NCBI GenBank assembly: GCA_016788905.1
Contig: JAEURZ010000001.1
Coordinates: 118,944 to 182,943, forward strand
Source of the DNA: Elusimicrobiota bacterium
GTDB lineage: Bacteria > Elusimicrobiota > Elusimicrobia > FEN-1173
Length of the DNA stretch: 64,000 nt
Direction: 5' to 3'
Positions 1 to 9,080 of this stretch are shown here, piece by piece. The first letter of the stretch is position 1. Each line of letters opens with the position of its first letter. A model generated the notes under the pieces. That model was not told the DNA's origin. It worked only from the letters and a program-made list of their open reading frames with translations, and searched no databases. A program made the translations under genes and the position numbers.

Positions 1-2
1 TC

Positions 3-269
3 GGGCTGGAAGGAGTTTCCGTCAACAGCTCAAACGGTCAGGCCAAGATAAATTGGGCGGAAACGGAAACAGTCGGTTTTGACACCGGCACACCCAACAC
101 CGAAAAATCGTCCCTCATCTTAAAATCTAAAGATGGTCATGAAGTGTGGCTTCCACTCTCGTGGTTACTCCCCGACCACCAAGAAAAAATCCTTTCCTTC
201 ATTAACGCGTCCACGGGAAATCGCTTTCAACTTCCCGAACATTTAGAAGAAATCCCAGCCCCCCAGTAA
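3..269 (+). CDS. C-terminal fragment of an unidentified protein entering from the 5' window edge
   Basis: Frame open from window start to TAA at 267-269. No start codon in the window. No recognisable motif. Confidence 0.3.
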   Translation, partial: GLEGVSVNSSNGQAKINWAETETVGFDTGTPNTEKSSLILKSKDGHEVWLPLSWLLPDHQEKILSFINASTGNRFQLPEHLEEIPAPQ

Positions 270-278
270 TATTCCGTC

Positions 279-662
279 TTAGTTCGAGGTCCGGGATGGG
301 AAAGAATGACCGCGGGCTTCCCTCACCCACAGGATCCCATAGATCACGGACCACAGCACCAACCAACCGCGTATGGCCCAGGCGATCAACGAACCGTGAT
401 TCTCCAGATCAATGATCGGGCTAAGGTGTTCCAAAAACCCCCGTTGATACCCCACGCTGGGATCATAATGACTGCGCAATAGATTTTCAACAACGGTTAA
501 CGGACAATAAAAACTCCACAACACCACGGCCACAAACAAAAGAGCCAGATGAGTCCCCCGCCAGAACGGTCTTCGCCACCCCCACAAAGGTCCCAACAAC
601 ATAAACAGCACACACAGGGCGTGAATGAAAGCAACGAAATCTGCGGTAAGTTTCCAGAACAC
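279..662 (-). CDS. small polytopic membrane protein, function unknown
   Basis: 127-aa ORF with 3-4 Trp-rich hydrophobic helices. Family not recognised with confidence. Confidence 0.5.
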   Translation of the reverse strand: MFWKLTADFVAFIHALCVLFMLLGPLWGWRRPFWRGTHLALLFVAVVLWSFYCPLTVVENLLRSHYDPSVGYQRGFLEHLSPIIDLENHGSLIAWAIRGWLVLWSVIYGILWVREARGHSFPSRTSN

Positions 663-784
663 GAGACCCCTCCGAAATGAATCAAACCTTCCTGTTCAGA
701 GCATAGGGTCTTTTGAGAACGAATTCAAGCCTGAAGAACCGGTTTTCAATCCTTCGAACAGGAGAGGGAAACACCCCATGGCGT

Positions 785-1513
785 TTATCCCCATCTTCCG
801 GTCTCCCAGATTAATATTTCAGCCCCCGGGACACCCCCCACAACCTTTTGTTGATCCATATCCATGAGACGAACCGAATCTCCCTGGGCAAGCGTTCCGG
901 CGTTTTCCAAATGGACTTCCCCCTTCGCGACAAACAGGTGGGAAAATTTAGCTTCTGGGACTAAAACACCTTTCCCTGGGGAGAGGCGTGCCGCCCAGAG
1001 AGTCGCTCCTTTTTGGCGAATGGCGATGGCGCCTTTGGGATTTCCTGACGCCACCGGGACCAGCCCTCCCCCAGCGAGGTCCCGAGAAATGTCCAGTTGC
1101 TCGTAGGAAGGTTGAATTTTCCGCGTATCCGGTGGCACCCACATTTGAATAAGCCGCACGGGTTTAGTGGAACTGGGATTCATTTCCGAATGCCAAATTC
1201 CTGTGCCTGCGCTTATCCGCTGGGCCAAACCAGGGGTGATCACCCCCTGGTTTCCTTCCGAGTCCCGGTGTTCGATTTCCCCTTCCAAAACCCAGGTCAC
1301 AATTTCCATGTCCTGGTGCGGATGGGTCATAAACCCGGTACCTGGCAGAATGATGTCATCGTTGGATACCAAGAGAAGTCCGTGATGGGTGTTGTCGGGA
1401 CTGTAATGGGACCCAAAACTAAAACTGTGCCAAGAATCCAGCCAATCCATCCGGGTGTGAAACCGGTCTTTGGCTCGGCGAATGGATACGTTAGAATCCG
1501 TTTGGGTTTTCAT
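785..1513 (-). CDS. pirin family protein (cupin, quercetin 2,3-dioxygenase-like)
   Basis: 242 aa with the typical pirin N-terminal cupin motifs (HPHQDMEIVTWVLEGE..H.DS.GN.G.I..G..Q.ISAG.GI.HSE.N) and a C-terminal cupin. Confidence 0.85.
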   Translation of the reverse strand: MKTQTDSNVSIRRAKDRFHTRMDWLDSWHSFSFGSHYSPDNTHHGLLLVSNDDIILPGTGFMTHPHQDMEIVTWVLEGEIEHRDSEGNQGVITPGLAQRISAGTGIWHSEMNPSSTKPVRLIQMWVPPDTRKIQPSYEQLDISRDLAGGGLVPVASGNPKGAIAIRQKGATLWAARLSPGKGVLVPEAKFSHLFVAKGEVHLENAGTLAQGDSVRLMDMDQQKVVGGVPGAEILIWETGRWG

Positions 1514-1863
1514 AGACCCCTCCCAATTTATCCAACGTTCTTTTTACCAGTAAGTTCCCCCTGCCAGCCGGTGGGGAACCTAAAGAAAGGGCCAGATTTA
1601 CCATGAAACATGAGCGATATCTACTCAAATAGCATGATTGACATTGAGGGCAACTGATTGAAGTAGGGGGAATCAGGGGAACCAGTGCAATAACACCTTA
1701 CCTTTTAATCCGATTTGGCCTAAAGGATCATCATCCTGTCGCAAAGCTCCCGGCACATGGGGAGGCAGAGCCGCTAATAAGAGCCGAAAAAATAGGTTTT
1801 TTACGAACAGAAAAGTGCGGGTCGCAGCGGGAACTATGGACGGAATTTTTGGGAAGGGACTAT

Positions 1864-2382
1864 TCAATTAAAATTCCATGTGGCATGCTTAACCCCAATT
1901 GCCAAAACGATGAGGGCCCAGACCAAAAACACCAGGGCGGTTCTCGATAATAATCGTGATTTATTAAATGGACCAAAGCGCCAGGCAACCCCATACGTCC
2001 CTGATAGTAAAATAAGTCCAACAGTAAGACGCCCCTCGCAATGTCGAAAACATTGAAACATTGAGAATTGCCTCCAAAGAAGAAGTGCCCCCATCAAGAG
2101 CCCCAGACTCATGACCACACGTAATGCCGGCTTGATCCATGACGGGTCCCATCGGACAAAAAGTATCGATTGAAAGAGCAACCCGGCAGCGAAGACTGGG
2201 ATGATCCAATGATGATGGAACTTGTTCAGGAAATAAGGAACGGTTCCTAGAAATAAAATCATGTTCGTAATTAAAACAGCCAGTCCTGGGATCACTTCTT
2301 TCCCTCGTTCTTGCAAGAGCCCTCCCCAAAGCGAAAACAATTCAATGGCGTTCTGAAGTGGAGGATACTGTATTCGGGACAA
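1864..2382 (-). CDS. hypothetical integral membrane protein
   Basis: 172-aa ORF with 4-5 predicted TM helices. No recognisable family. Confidence 0.5.
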   Translation of the reverse strand: MSRIQYPPLQNAIELFSLWGGLLQERGKEVIPGLAVLITNMILFLGTVPYFLNKFHHHWIIPVFAAGLLFQSILFVRWDPSWIKPALRVVMSLGLLMGALLLWRQFSMFQCFRHCEGRLTVGLILLSGTYGVAWRFGPFNKSRLLSRTALVFLVWALIVLAIGVKHATWNFN

Positions 2383-2582
2383 GGTTCACCATCTTTCCTC
2401 TCTGCCCGTGCGTGAGCCGCCACAGGGTGCCCGTGTAAAAGAATTCCCACGTAGGGAGAGTTTTTCTTTTCCCGTGCGGGGAGTCCTTGCGTATAAAATT
2501 TCCGATGGGGTTAACAAATTTCTTGGCCATGGGTTTGCCCTCCTGACTGGTTAGACGCCCGAAACTGAAAAAAGTTCCCCCC

Positions 2583-2638
2583 TTGACAAAAAATGGAAGT
2601 CGACATACAATGTGAGTGATTAATCACTAGCAAGGAGA
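2583..2638 (+). promoter_or_regulatory. sigma-70 promoter (TTGACA-N17-TACAAT), a perfect 14-bp palindromic operator (AGTGATTAATCACT, 2615-2628) and an RBS for the TetR gene
   Basis: TTGACA at 2583-2588, 17-nt spacer, TACAAT at 2606-2611. The palindrome sits at the +1 region. AGGAG at 2633-2637 lies 6 nt before the ATG at 2643. Confidence 0.6.
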
Positions 2639-2642
2639 AAAA

Positions 2643-3227
2643 ATGCACTTCATTGTGGAACAGTCTAAAGTTAAAACCATTTTGCCCAAGGTCATGCGGG
2701 CCGCTGTTCGCTTGTTTGTCGAAAAGGGAATTGATGGAACAACGACGAAAGACATCGCGTCCAAAAGCGGTGTTTCGGAAGGGGCTCTTTACCGACACTT
2801 TAAAAGTAAAGAGGACCTGGCCTACCATATTTTCGCCACACATGTGAATGAGTTCTCACATGAGTTGACAGCGCTTATTAACCGAGAATTGCCCGGCCGA
2901 GCCCAATTGGGCGCCTTTGTAGCGACCGCTTTTAAGACCTATGAAGAAGAAAGGGATTTGTTCACCTACCTTATCCTCTCAGAGCACAGGGAATTGGATA
3001 AATTCCCCTCCACGTTTAAACATCCAGGGCACGTGGTGGTGGACCTCATTAAAGATGGCCAAACCGCCAAAGCCTTTCGACCCATGGACCCCTTTATCGG
3101 GGGGTCTTTGATCCTGGGGGGAATCATTCGGATTTGTGTGGTTCGTTACCGTCAAGCAATTGGCCATGATTTACGCAAAGAGACAGAACCCGTCACGGAG
3201 TCCCTATGGCGCGCCCTAAAAAACTAA
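2643..3227 (+). CDS. TetR/AcrR family transcriptional regulator
   Basis: N-terminal TetR HTH signature (GTTTKDIASKSGVSEGALYRHFKSKEDL). 194 aa. Probably autoregulated through the palindrome overlapping its promoter. Confidence 0.85.
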   Translation: MHFIVEQSKVKTILPKVMRAAVRLFVEKGIDGTTTKDIASKSGVSEGALYRHFKSKEDLAYHIFATHVNEFSHELTALINRELPGRAQLGAFVATAFKTYEEERDLFTYLILSEHRELDKFPSTFKHPGHVVVDLIKDGQTAKAFRPMDPFIGGSLILGGIIRICVVRYRQAIGHDLRKETEPVTESLWRALKN

Positions 3228-3934
3228 AGAAGAACTTGGAATCCGTGATTCTAATCCACGGGATTCTCAACCGGCCCTTTATTATGACATTCATAAAAAA
3301 AAGCCTTGAAAACGAAGGATTTAGGGTCTACAACTGGGGATATAAAAGCCGGGAGAAAAATATTGAAGAATACGCTGCGAAATTGAAAACATTCATACAA
3401 AACCAAGACTTTCCTGGGCCAATTCATTTTGTCGGATTTTCCCTTGGAGCCATTATTGCTCGGACCTACTTATCAAAACATCTCCCCTCTCCGGGGAGTC
3501 GGTTGGTCCAGATTGCACCACCAAATCACGGATCCCCATGGATCGATACGTTGTTTCGATTCAGACTATTCCGGTGGATTTATGGCGACAAAGCTATTCT
3601 TCAACTCAGAACGGATAGCTCCTTCTTGAAATCCCTTGGTGTGCCACGATGTCCATTCGGGATCATCGCCGGCAGCAAAAAATGGGGAAAAAGCGATGAC
3701 CCTATTTCACCCAAAGACAATGACGGGTCCGTGCCCCTCACCAGCACCCAGCTGCCAGGAGCAACGGATTTCATTCGAATTAAATCCCAGCATACGTTGC
3801 TTCTCTTCCGAAAATCAACGGTTAAGAACATCATTTTATTTTTAAAAACCGGGTTCTTCCTGCACCCCAACGTAAACCCATCGGGGAACACCCCGATCCC
3901 CGAAAAAACTGAAACAAAAGGAGAACAGCCATGA
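3206..3934 (+). CDS. alpha/beta hydrolase fold protein (lipase/esterase-like)
   Basis: GxSxG nucleophile elbow (VGFSLGA) and a hydrolase-like HG..N oxyanion region. Overlaps the TetR stop by 22 nt and the next gene by ATGA. Confidence 0.7.
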   Translation: MARPKKLKKNLESVILIHGILNRPFIMTFIKKSLENEGFRVYNWGYKSREKNIEEYAAKLKTFIQNQDFPGPIHFVGFSLGAIIARTYLSKHLPSPGSRLVQIAPPNHGSPWIDTLFRFRLFRWIYGDKAILQLRTDSSFLKSLGVPRCPFGIIAGSKKWGKSDDPISPKDNDGSVPLTSTQLPGATDFIRIKSQHTLLLFRKSTVKNIILFLKTGFFLHPNVNPSGNTPIPEKTETKGEQP

Positions 3935-4404
3935 TTGGATTGGGCGGACTTTGGCTTTTAATTGTGGGAGTCATCTTACTGACACCCCTCTTGGCTCTGT
4001 TGGCCTTCATTCGTGTGGGGACAGTTCAAAAAAGGCTGAACATTCTTGAACGGGAATTCGAAAAACTTCGGCACCGAGACCCCCTCCCACCGCCACCGAA
4101 ACCCTTGGAAATTCCAATACCTCCCCCCCGAGAACCACTCCCTCCGAGCGATCCCTTCACCGGAATATCCCTTAACATTCCACCGGAAAAACCACGGGAC
4201 CCGGAAAAAAAGGTCGCCATCGAACCAACAACACCCCCCCTGCCCGCCCGACCGTGGTTCAAGCCCCCCCCTCTTCCGGAGAAATACCGACCCTGGATTG
4301 GGACCGATTTACGGGAGTTAAACTTTTTAGCTGGATTGGTGGGTTTGCTCTTTTTATGGGCGCTGCCTTTTTCGTCAAATACAGTATCGACCACAGTTGG
4401 GTGA
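3931..4404 (+). CDS. N-terminal fragment (TM helix, coiled segment, Pro-rich linker) of a DUF2339-like membrane protein. The reading frame is lost in the 4176-4300 interval.
   Basis: Hydrophobic N-terminal helix then a PPPKP-rich linker. The frame runs into the next ORF, which carries the DUF2339-type motif in another frame. Confidence 0.5.
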   Translation: MIGLGGLWLLIVGVILLTPLLALLAFIRVGTVQKRLNILEREFEKLRHRDPLPPPPKPLEIPIPPPREPLPPSDPFTGISLNIPPEKPRDPEKKVAIEPTTPPLPARPWFKPPPLPEKYRPWIGTDLRELNFLAGLVGLLFLWALPFSSNTVSTTVG

Positions 4405-6926
4405 GCCCGCTCATGCGGGTCATGGCCGGCTTCGTCGCTGGCACGGGGGCCCTCCTGGCGGGGATCCATACGCACAAACGCGGGTATTCTGTGACGGGGC
4501 AAACCTTGGGCGCTGCGGGATGCGCCATTCTTTACGCCAACACGTTTGCCGCCCACGCTCTTTATGGCCTTCTCAACGCTGAATCCGCCTTCGCTTTTAT
4601 GACGCTCGTGACAGCGGTGGCCTTCCTTTTGGCCATCCGGATGGACTCCCCGTATGTGGCGATCTTGGGGCTCCTCGGAGGATTCTTGACCCCGCCCCTG
4701 TTTTCAACTGGGGTGGACCAAGCCCTGGGGCTGTTCAGTTACGTGACCCTCCTCGACGTGGGGTTGGTGTTGGTGGCTCTCCGAAAACGATGGATGTATT
4801 TGATCTCCGCCGCAGCCCTGGGGACCGTCCTCATGCAAACAGGGTGGGCCCAGCAGTTTTTTGAAGCTTCCAAAATGACCACCGCGGCCAGTATTGTTCT
4901 TTGGTTCGCCGGCCTCTTTGCCGTGGCACGCCGGATGTCGGAAAAAACCGATCCCAACGATTCCCATTCTCTTCATTCAGCGGGGCTTCTGTCTCTGGTC
5001 GCGGTCGTGGGGATGGGATTCTTCGCGCTCAAAAATACGGCGGTGGCCGTCCAGCCCACCGTTCCATTTTCCGTCTTGATCCTGAGCAACATCCTTTTGG
5101 CGGGATTGGCCCTTCGCCACGAAAAGTTCCAAGGCTACCATGTCCTGGCGGGAGGGATCTCGTTTTTCAGTCTGATGATGTGGACGAACCAGTTCTTGTC
5201 CCCCGCGCTCCTGCCGCACGCTCTCCTGGTCATCCTTCTTCTCGGCGGGTGGCACGGCGCGTTCGCCGTGATCCTCCATCGTCGAGGTGGATCGTCCACC
5301 GCTGTGGCCCTGGGCCAGATCTACCCGGTGATCCTCCTGATTCCCGTCCTCCTCACGTTGACCCGGCAAACAGCTTCTCCCGTGTTTCTTTGGCCTGTGG
5401 CGTTTCTCTTGAACGGCGTCACCATTTTGGCCGCCCTGACCACAGGATTTTTCTGGGCCCTGCTGGGCGCCCTAGGCCTCAGCCTCCTCACCGCGTCTCT
5501 CTGGATGGGCCGTCTTTCCTCGGGGGACTTACCAAGCCTCCTTCTGGTGATCGGCGGAATAGCGGCTCTGTTTTTTGGGGCCGGACTGTGGTTCCTGAAA
5601 AGGAACGAAAGAACAAACCAAGAAGGATCTCCAAAGGAACAAAAAGCTTGGGCGCTCCCACCAGAATTGGCGGACACCCTTCCCGCTTTGGGATGCCTTC
5701 TGCCTTTCTTGCTCCTGGGGCAAGCGGCTGTCCATCTCAAACTGACCAATCCAGCTCCTGTTTTCGGGGTGGGCGCTCTCTTAATCCTTTTGCTCCTCAG
5801 CCTTGCGATTCGGCGCGGCGCACGGACAGGGATCCTGGTCCCCATGGGTCTGATCAGTATGGCCCTGCTTCAATTCGTCTGGCATAGAGAACTCTTTTCT
5901 CTCAGCGATCCGTGGGTCGTGTTGCCTTGGTACACAGGAACGTTGGCTGTCTTTTTAGCTTTACCTTTTCTTTCCAAATCGTTTGGGGCCCTGTTCGAAT
6001 CCTGGATGACCTCCGCCGCCGCAGGCCCCATCCTTTTCTTCTTTCTATACAAAACCTATTCCACCCTTTTCGGAACGAACACCCTAGGGGCCTTGCCAGC
6101 CGGATTGGCCGTCCTTTACTCCCTCTCTTTGTGGGAAATCATTCGCCATCCCTCGGAGAGCCTTCCTCGAAAACAAACCCTTCTGGCCGCGTTCGGGGGC
6201 GTCACCCTCTTCTTTATCAGCCTTATTTTTCCCCTCCAATTCGATCGGGAGTGGATTACTCTGGGATGGGCCCTGGAAGGGATGGCCCTGGTGTGGCTTT
6301 TCGGTCGGGTCCCTCACCCCGGACTGAAAGTGTGGGGAGGGACATTGCTCACCATCGCCTTTGTGCGGTTGGCCGCCAACCCCACCGTTTTCGCCTACCA
6401 TCCTCGTACGGGAACACCTTTCTTCAACTGGTATCTGTATGCGTATGGCGTTACAACGGTGTGCCTGTTGCTCGCGGCCCGCTTTTGGCAAACCTCGGCT
6501 GCGGAGAAGGGGGCGTCTTCGGACGAAACAAGGCCCGAAATTTCCTTCCGGTCAGGATTGAACGCCATGGGGATTGTCCTTCTATTCTTGCTCATGAACA
6601 TTCAAATCGCCGATTGGTTTAGCACCGGGACCACCCTCACCTTTAACCTGCGGGGCTCCCTCACGCAAGACATGAGCTATACCTTGGGATGGGGTCTCTT
6701 CGGCCTTGCCCTTTTAGTGGTCGGCCTTTGGAAAGACTCCCTCGGCGCGCGTCGCGCGAGTTTTGCCTTGCTCGCTGTCACGATTGGGAAACTCTTTCTC
6801 CACGATGTGTGGCGACTGACCCTTCTGTATCGCGCGGCAGCTTTTGTTGGGCTGGCGGTGGTTCTCATTCTTTCCTCTTTCCTTTATCAACGGTTCCTTC
6901 GGGGCCGGGAGGAGAAGAAACCATGA
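4254..6926 (+). CDS. DUF2339-like large polytopic membrane protein, main body (frameshifted relative to the N-terminal fragment)
   Basis: About 890 aa with more than 20 hydrophobic helices. An N-proximal ...WIGGFALFMGAAFFVKYSIDHSW... motif is typical of the DUF2339 family. The GTG at 4254 is only the ORF-finder start, and frame 0 is open back to 4176. Confidence 0.75.
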   Translation: MVQAPPSSGEIPTLDWDRFTGVKLFSWIGGFALFMGAAFFVKYSIDHSWVSPLMRVMAGFVAGTGALLAGIHTHKRGYSVTGQTLGAAGCAILYANTFAAHALYGLLNAESAFAFMTLVTAVAFLLAIRMDSPYVAILGLLGGFLTPPLFSTGVDQALGLFSYVTLLDVGLVLVALRKRWMYLISAAALGTVLMQTGWAQQFFEASKMTTAASIVLWFAGLFAVARRMSEKTDPNDSHSLHSAGLLSLVAVVGMGFFALKNTAVAVQPTVPFSVLILSNILLAGLALRHEKFQGYHVLAGGISFFSLMMWTNQFLSPALLPHALLVILLLGGWHGAFAVILHRRGGSSTAVALGQIYPVILLIPVLLTLTRQTASPVFLWPVAFLLNGVTILAALTTGFFWALLGALGLSLLTASLWMGRLSSGDLPSLLLVIGGIAALFFGAGLWFLKRNERTNQEGSPKEQKAWALPPELADTLPALGCLLPFLLLGQAAVHLKLTNPAPVFGVGALLILLLLSLAIRRGARTGILVPMGLISMALLQFVWHRELFSLSDPWVVLPWYTGTLAVFLALPFLSKSFGALFESWMTSAAAGPILFFFLYKTYSTLFGTNTLGALPAGLAVLYSLSLWEIIRHPSESLPRKQTLLAAFGGVTLFFISLIFPLQFDREWITLGWALEGMALVWLFGRVPHPGLKVWGGTLLTIAFVRLAANPTVFAYHPRTGTPFFNWYLYAYGVTTVCLLLAARFWQTSAAEKGASSDETRPEISFRSGLNAMGIVLLFLLMNIQIADWFSTGTTLTFNLRGSLTQDMSYTLGWGLFGLALLVVGLWKDSLGARRASFALLAVTIGKLFLHDVWRLTLLYRAAAFVGLAVVLILSSFLYQRFLRGREEKKP

Positions 6927-8926
6927 ACAGGCCCCTTGGCGCACTCTTGATTTCGATCGCCCTCGCGTCCCTCCCTCTTTGGGCCCTTTCGAATCCGGAC
7001 GAATGGTCCCATCATCAACCCCTCACCGTGGCTCAGCCCGGAATGGTGCGATGGGCCGTCCCACCGGAAACTTTAAATCATGCCGCTCCCGATCGCCAGG
7101 ACCTCCGGCTGTTCGATCCCCACCATCAAGAAGTGCCCTACCTTCTGGATGAACCTCGTCGAGAAGAAGAAAAATGGTCGAAAGGGGATAATTTTAAATC
7201 GGAGATCGAGGACACACAAACCGTTCTTCGTTTTTCTTTGATTCCAGGCTCAGTCGTCAACGCGGTCTCTCTGGCGGGACCGGTCGGCCCCTTTCTGAAA
7301 GGGGTTCAGGTGGAAGCCCAGGTTTCCGGTGCCTGGAAAACTTTGGCCCGGAACCAGGTTCTTTTTCGCGAAACCCCTGGAGTGGAGAACCTGACCATTG
7401 AATTTCCATCCGTGAGAGCGACGTCGTTCATCATCAAGATCGATGATAAAAAATCGCCGGCTGTCCCCTGGACTCGGGCCGCTGTCCGTCTCCTTGGCCG
7501 ACCCGCGGAAGGGGCCCAAACGGTCCCCCTCCGCTTCCTTGGGAGAGAAGAAGGGCCCACCGAAACCCGCCTGCGCCTCGAGCTTCCGGGGAGGAACATA
7601 TTCATTGAAGACCTCTCTGTGGAAAGCCAGAGTCCTCTTTTTCAACGATCCGTTTCCCTGCGCGTGCGGGGGGTGCGAACCGACGGGGACTTCCCGGGCC
7701 AAGCCATTAAAGAATGGCCTCTAGCGGCAGGAACCTTCTACCGCGTGGCTTTAGAAGGGTTTGAAAACACAAAAAAAACCGATCTTCGTGTCGGCCACCT
7801 CGTTCGAGCCCGCGAAGTGGTCCTGGTGATCCAAAACAATGGGAATCCCCCCATCCCCATTGACACCGTTCACGCGACGGTCCTTCCGACCTATCTCATT
7901 TTCCGTGGGTCAGCCCCTGGGACATATCGTCTCGCCCTTGGGAACCCCCGGGCGGCCGCACCGATTTATGACTTAGTCAGCCTTAAGCCTGAATTGATTA
8001 AAGGGCCCTTTCAATCCGCGGGATCTGGTCCTTTGGAACCCAACCCCACGTTTCAAACTATCGACATTCTTCCTGAATTGCCGGAATGGGGAGCTTCCCT
8101 GGATGTTTCCCCCTGGGCTCGGAGGTCTCCCGTCTCCGTTTCCAAATCCGGGTTCCATCGGGTAGAGTTGACTCCAACTCTATTAGCCGTCGCGGACCCG
8201 AGCGGGCGGGATCTCCGTCTTATTCGGGAAGGAAAACAGATTCCCTTTCTCTTGGACCGCACTCCCGTTTGGCGTTCCACAGTCCCGACAGTTAAACCGC
8301 TCGAAGAGGAAAATGGAAAGAGTCGCTGGGAACTCCTTTTGCCCCAGAACCGGATGCCGGTCGGGGCGATCGAATGTTTCGTCAAGGAAACGATTTTTCA
8401 GAGAAAGGTAACGGTGTATGAAACCAAGGCCGACCCTCGTGGCCAATCACAAAAGGCGATTCTGGCTCAGACCGAATGGGGTCGCACAGCGAACGAGGGG
8501 ACCGGGCGGCGTTTCCTATTTATTCAGGGCGGCCCGATGGGTGACCGATTGGTCATTGAAGTGGACAACGGGGACAATGCCCCCCTCACCCTGAATGGAT
8601 TTAAAATTCATTACCAAACTTTTGGGATCGTCTTCAAAACGGACCCCGGCTCACCCCTCTGGCTTTACTATGGGAACCCTCAAGCCAACTGGCCCCGCTA
8701 TGACCTCTCCGTGGTATCCCAGAACGTATTGACCGCCGACCGCGAGGAGGCCTCCCTGGGTGAAGAGGAACGCTTAAGGGGCCTTCCGTGGAGCACGGAG
8801 AAACGAAACAGCGCGCATAAAATAGGGTTTTGGTTCCTCTTGGGATTCGTGGCCATCATTCTTTTATGGGTGCTTCGCTCCCTGTTGCCCACCAACGAAT
8901 CCAAACCCAGTCCGCCTCGTCACTAA
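6923..8926 (+). CDS. DUF3999-like exported protein with a C-terminal membrane anchor
   Basis: ATG at 6923 overlaps the upstream stop (ATGA), and GGAGG lies 11 nt upstream. There is a signal peptide (LLISIALASLPLWALS). A DLRLFD...VPY motif near the N-terminus resembles DUF3999. A C-terminal TM helix is present. The earlier in-frame ATG at 6689 is rejected because it overlaps the upstream gene. Confidence 0.65.
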   Translation: MNRPLGALLISIALASLPLWALSNPDEWSHHQPLTVAQPGMVRWAVPPETLNHAAPDRQDLRLFDPHHQEVPYLLDEPRREEEKWSKGDNFKSEIEDTQTVLRFSLIPGSVVNAVSLAGPVGPFLKGVQVEAQVSGAWKTLARNQVLFRETPGVENLTIEFPSVRATSFIIKIDDKKSPAVPWTRAAVRLLGRPAEGAQTVPLRFLGREEGPTETRLRLELPGRNIFIEDLSVESQSPLFQRSVSLRVRGVRTDGDFPGQAIKEWPLAAGTFYRVALEGFENTKKTDLRVGHLVRAREVVLVIQNNGNPPIPIDTVHATVLPTYLIFRGSAPGTYRLALGNPRAAAPIYDLVSLKPELIKGPFQSAGSGPLEPNPTFQTIDILPELPEWGASLDVSPWARRSPVSVSKSGFHRVELTPTLLAVADPSGRDLRLIREGKQIPFLLDRTPVWRSTVPTVKPLEEENGKSRWELLLPQNRMPVGAIECFVKETIFQRKVTVYETKADPRGQSQKAILAQTEWGRTANEGTGRRFLFIQGGPMGDRLVIEVDNGDNAPLTLNGFKIHYQTFGIVFKTDPGSPLWLYYGNPQANWPRYDLSVVSQNVLTADREEASLGEEERLRGLPWSTEKRNSAHKIGFWFLLGFVAIILLWVLRSLLPTNESKPSPPRH

Positions 8927-9080
8927 GAAATGTCGGTGGGGAAATCATCCTTTATCTGCACCCATACGATTCCGGGGTGGATTACCATTGGATTTTTGGG
9001 GGCCTGTTTTTCAGAACGACCTCACGGCCCCCCTTTGAAGGCATAACGTCTTCTCTATAAACGGATGATATAATTCTCCT

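Noticed and set aside
4026-6622. Many overlapping or antisense ORFs in the ORF track within the DUF2339 gene (for example 4026-4556, 4901-5887, 5321-5845, 5912-6622, 6084-6491)
   Set aside because: These are alternative-frame open stretches typical of GC-rich coding DNA. They show no independent signals and are fully contained in a gene with strong membrane-protein periodicity.
6689-6922. Upstream ATG 6689 as the start of the DUF3999-like gene, and ATG/GTG 10732 as the start of the response regulator
   Set aside because: Both extensions lie entirely inside the preceding genes. The ATG at 6923 (ATGA overlap, GGAGG upstream, signal peptide follows) and the ATG at 10891 (MVVDDE receiver start) are the supported starts.
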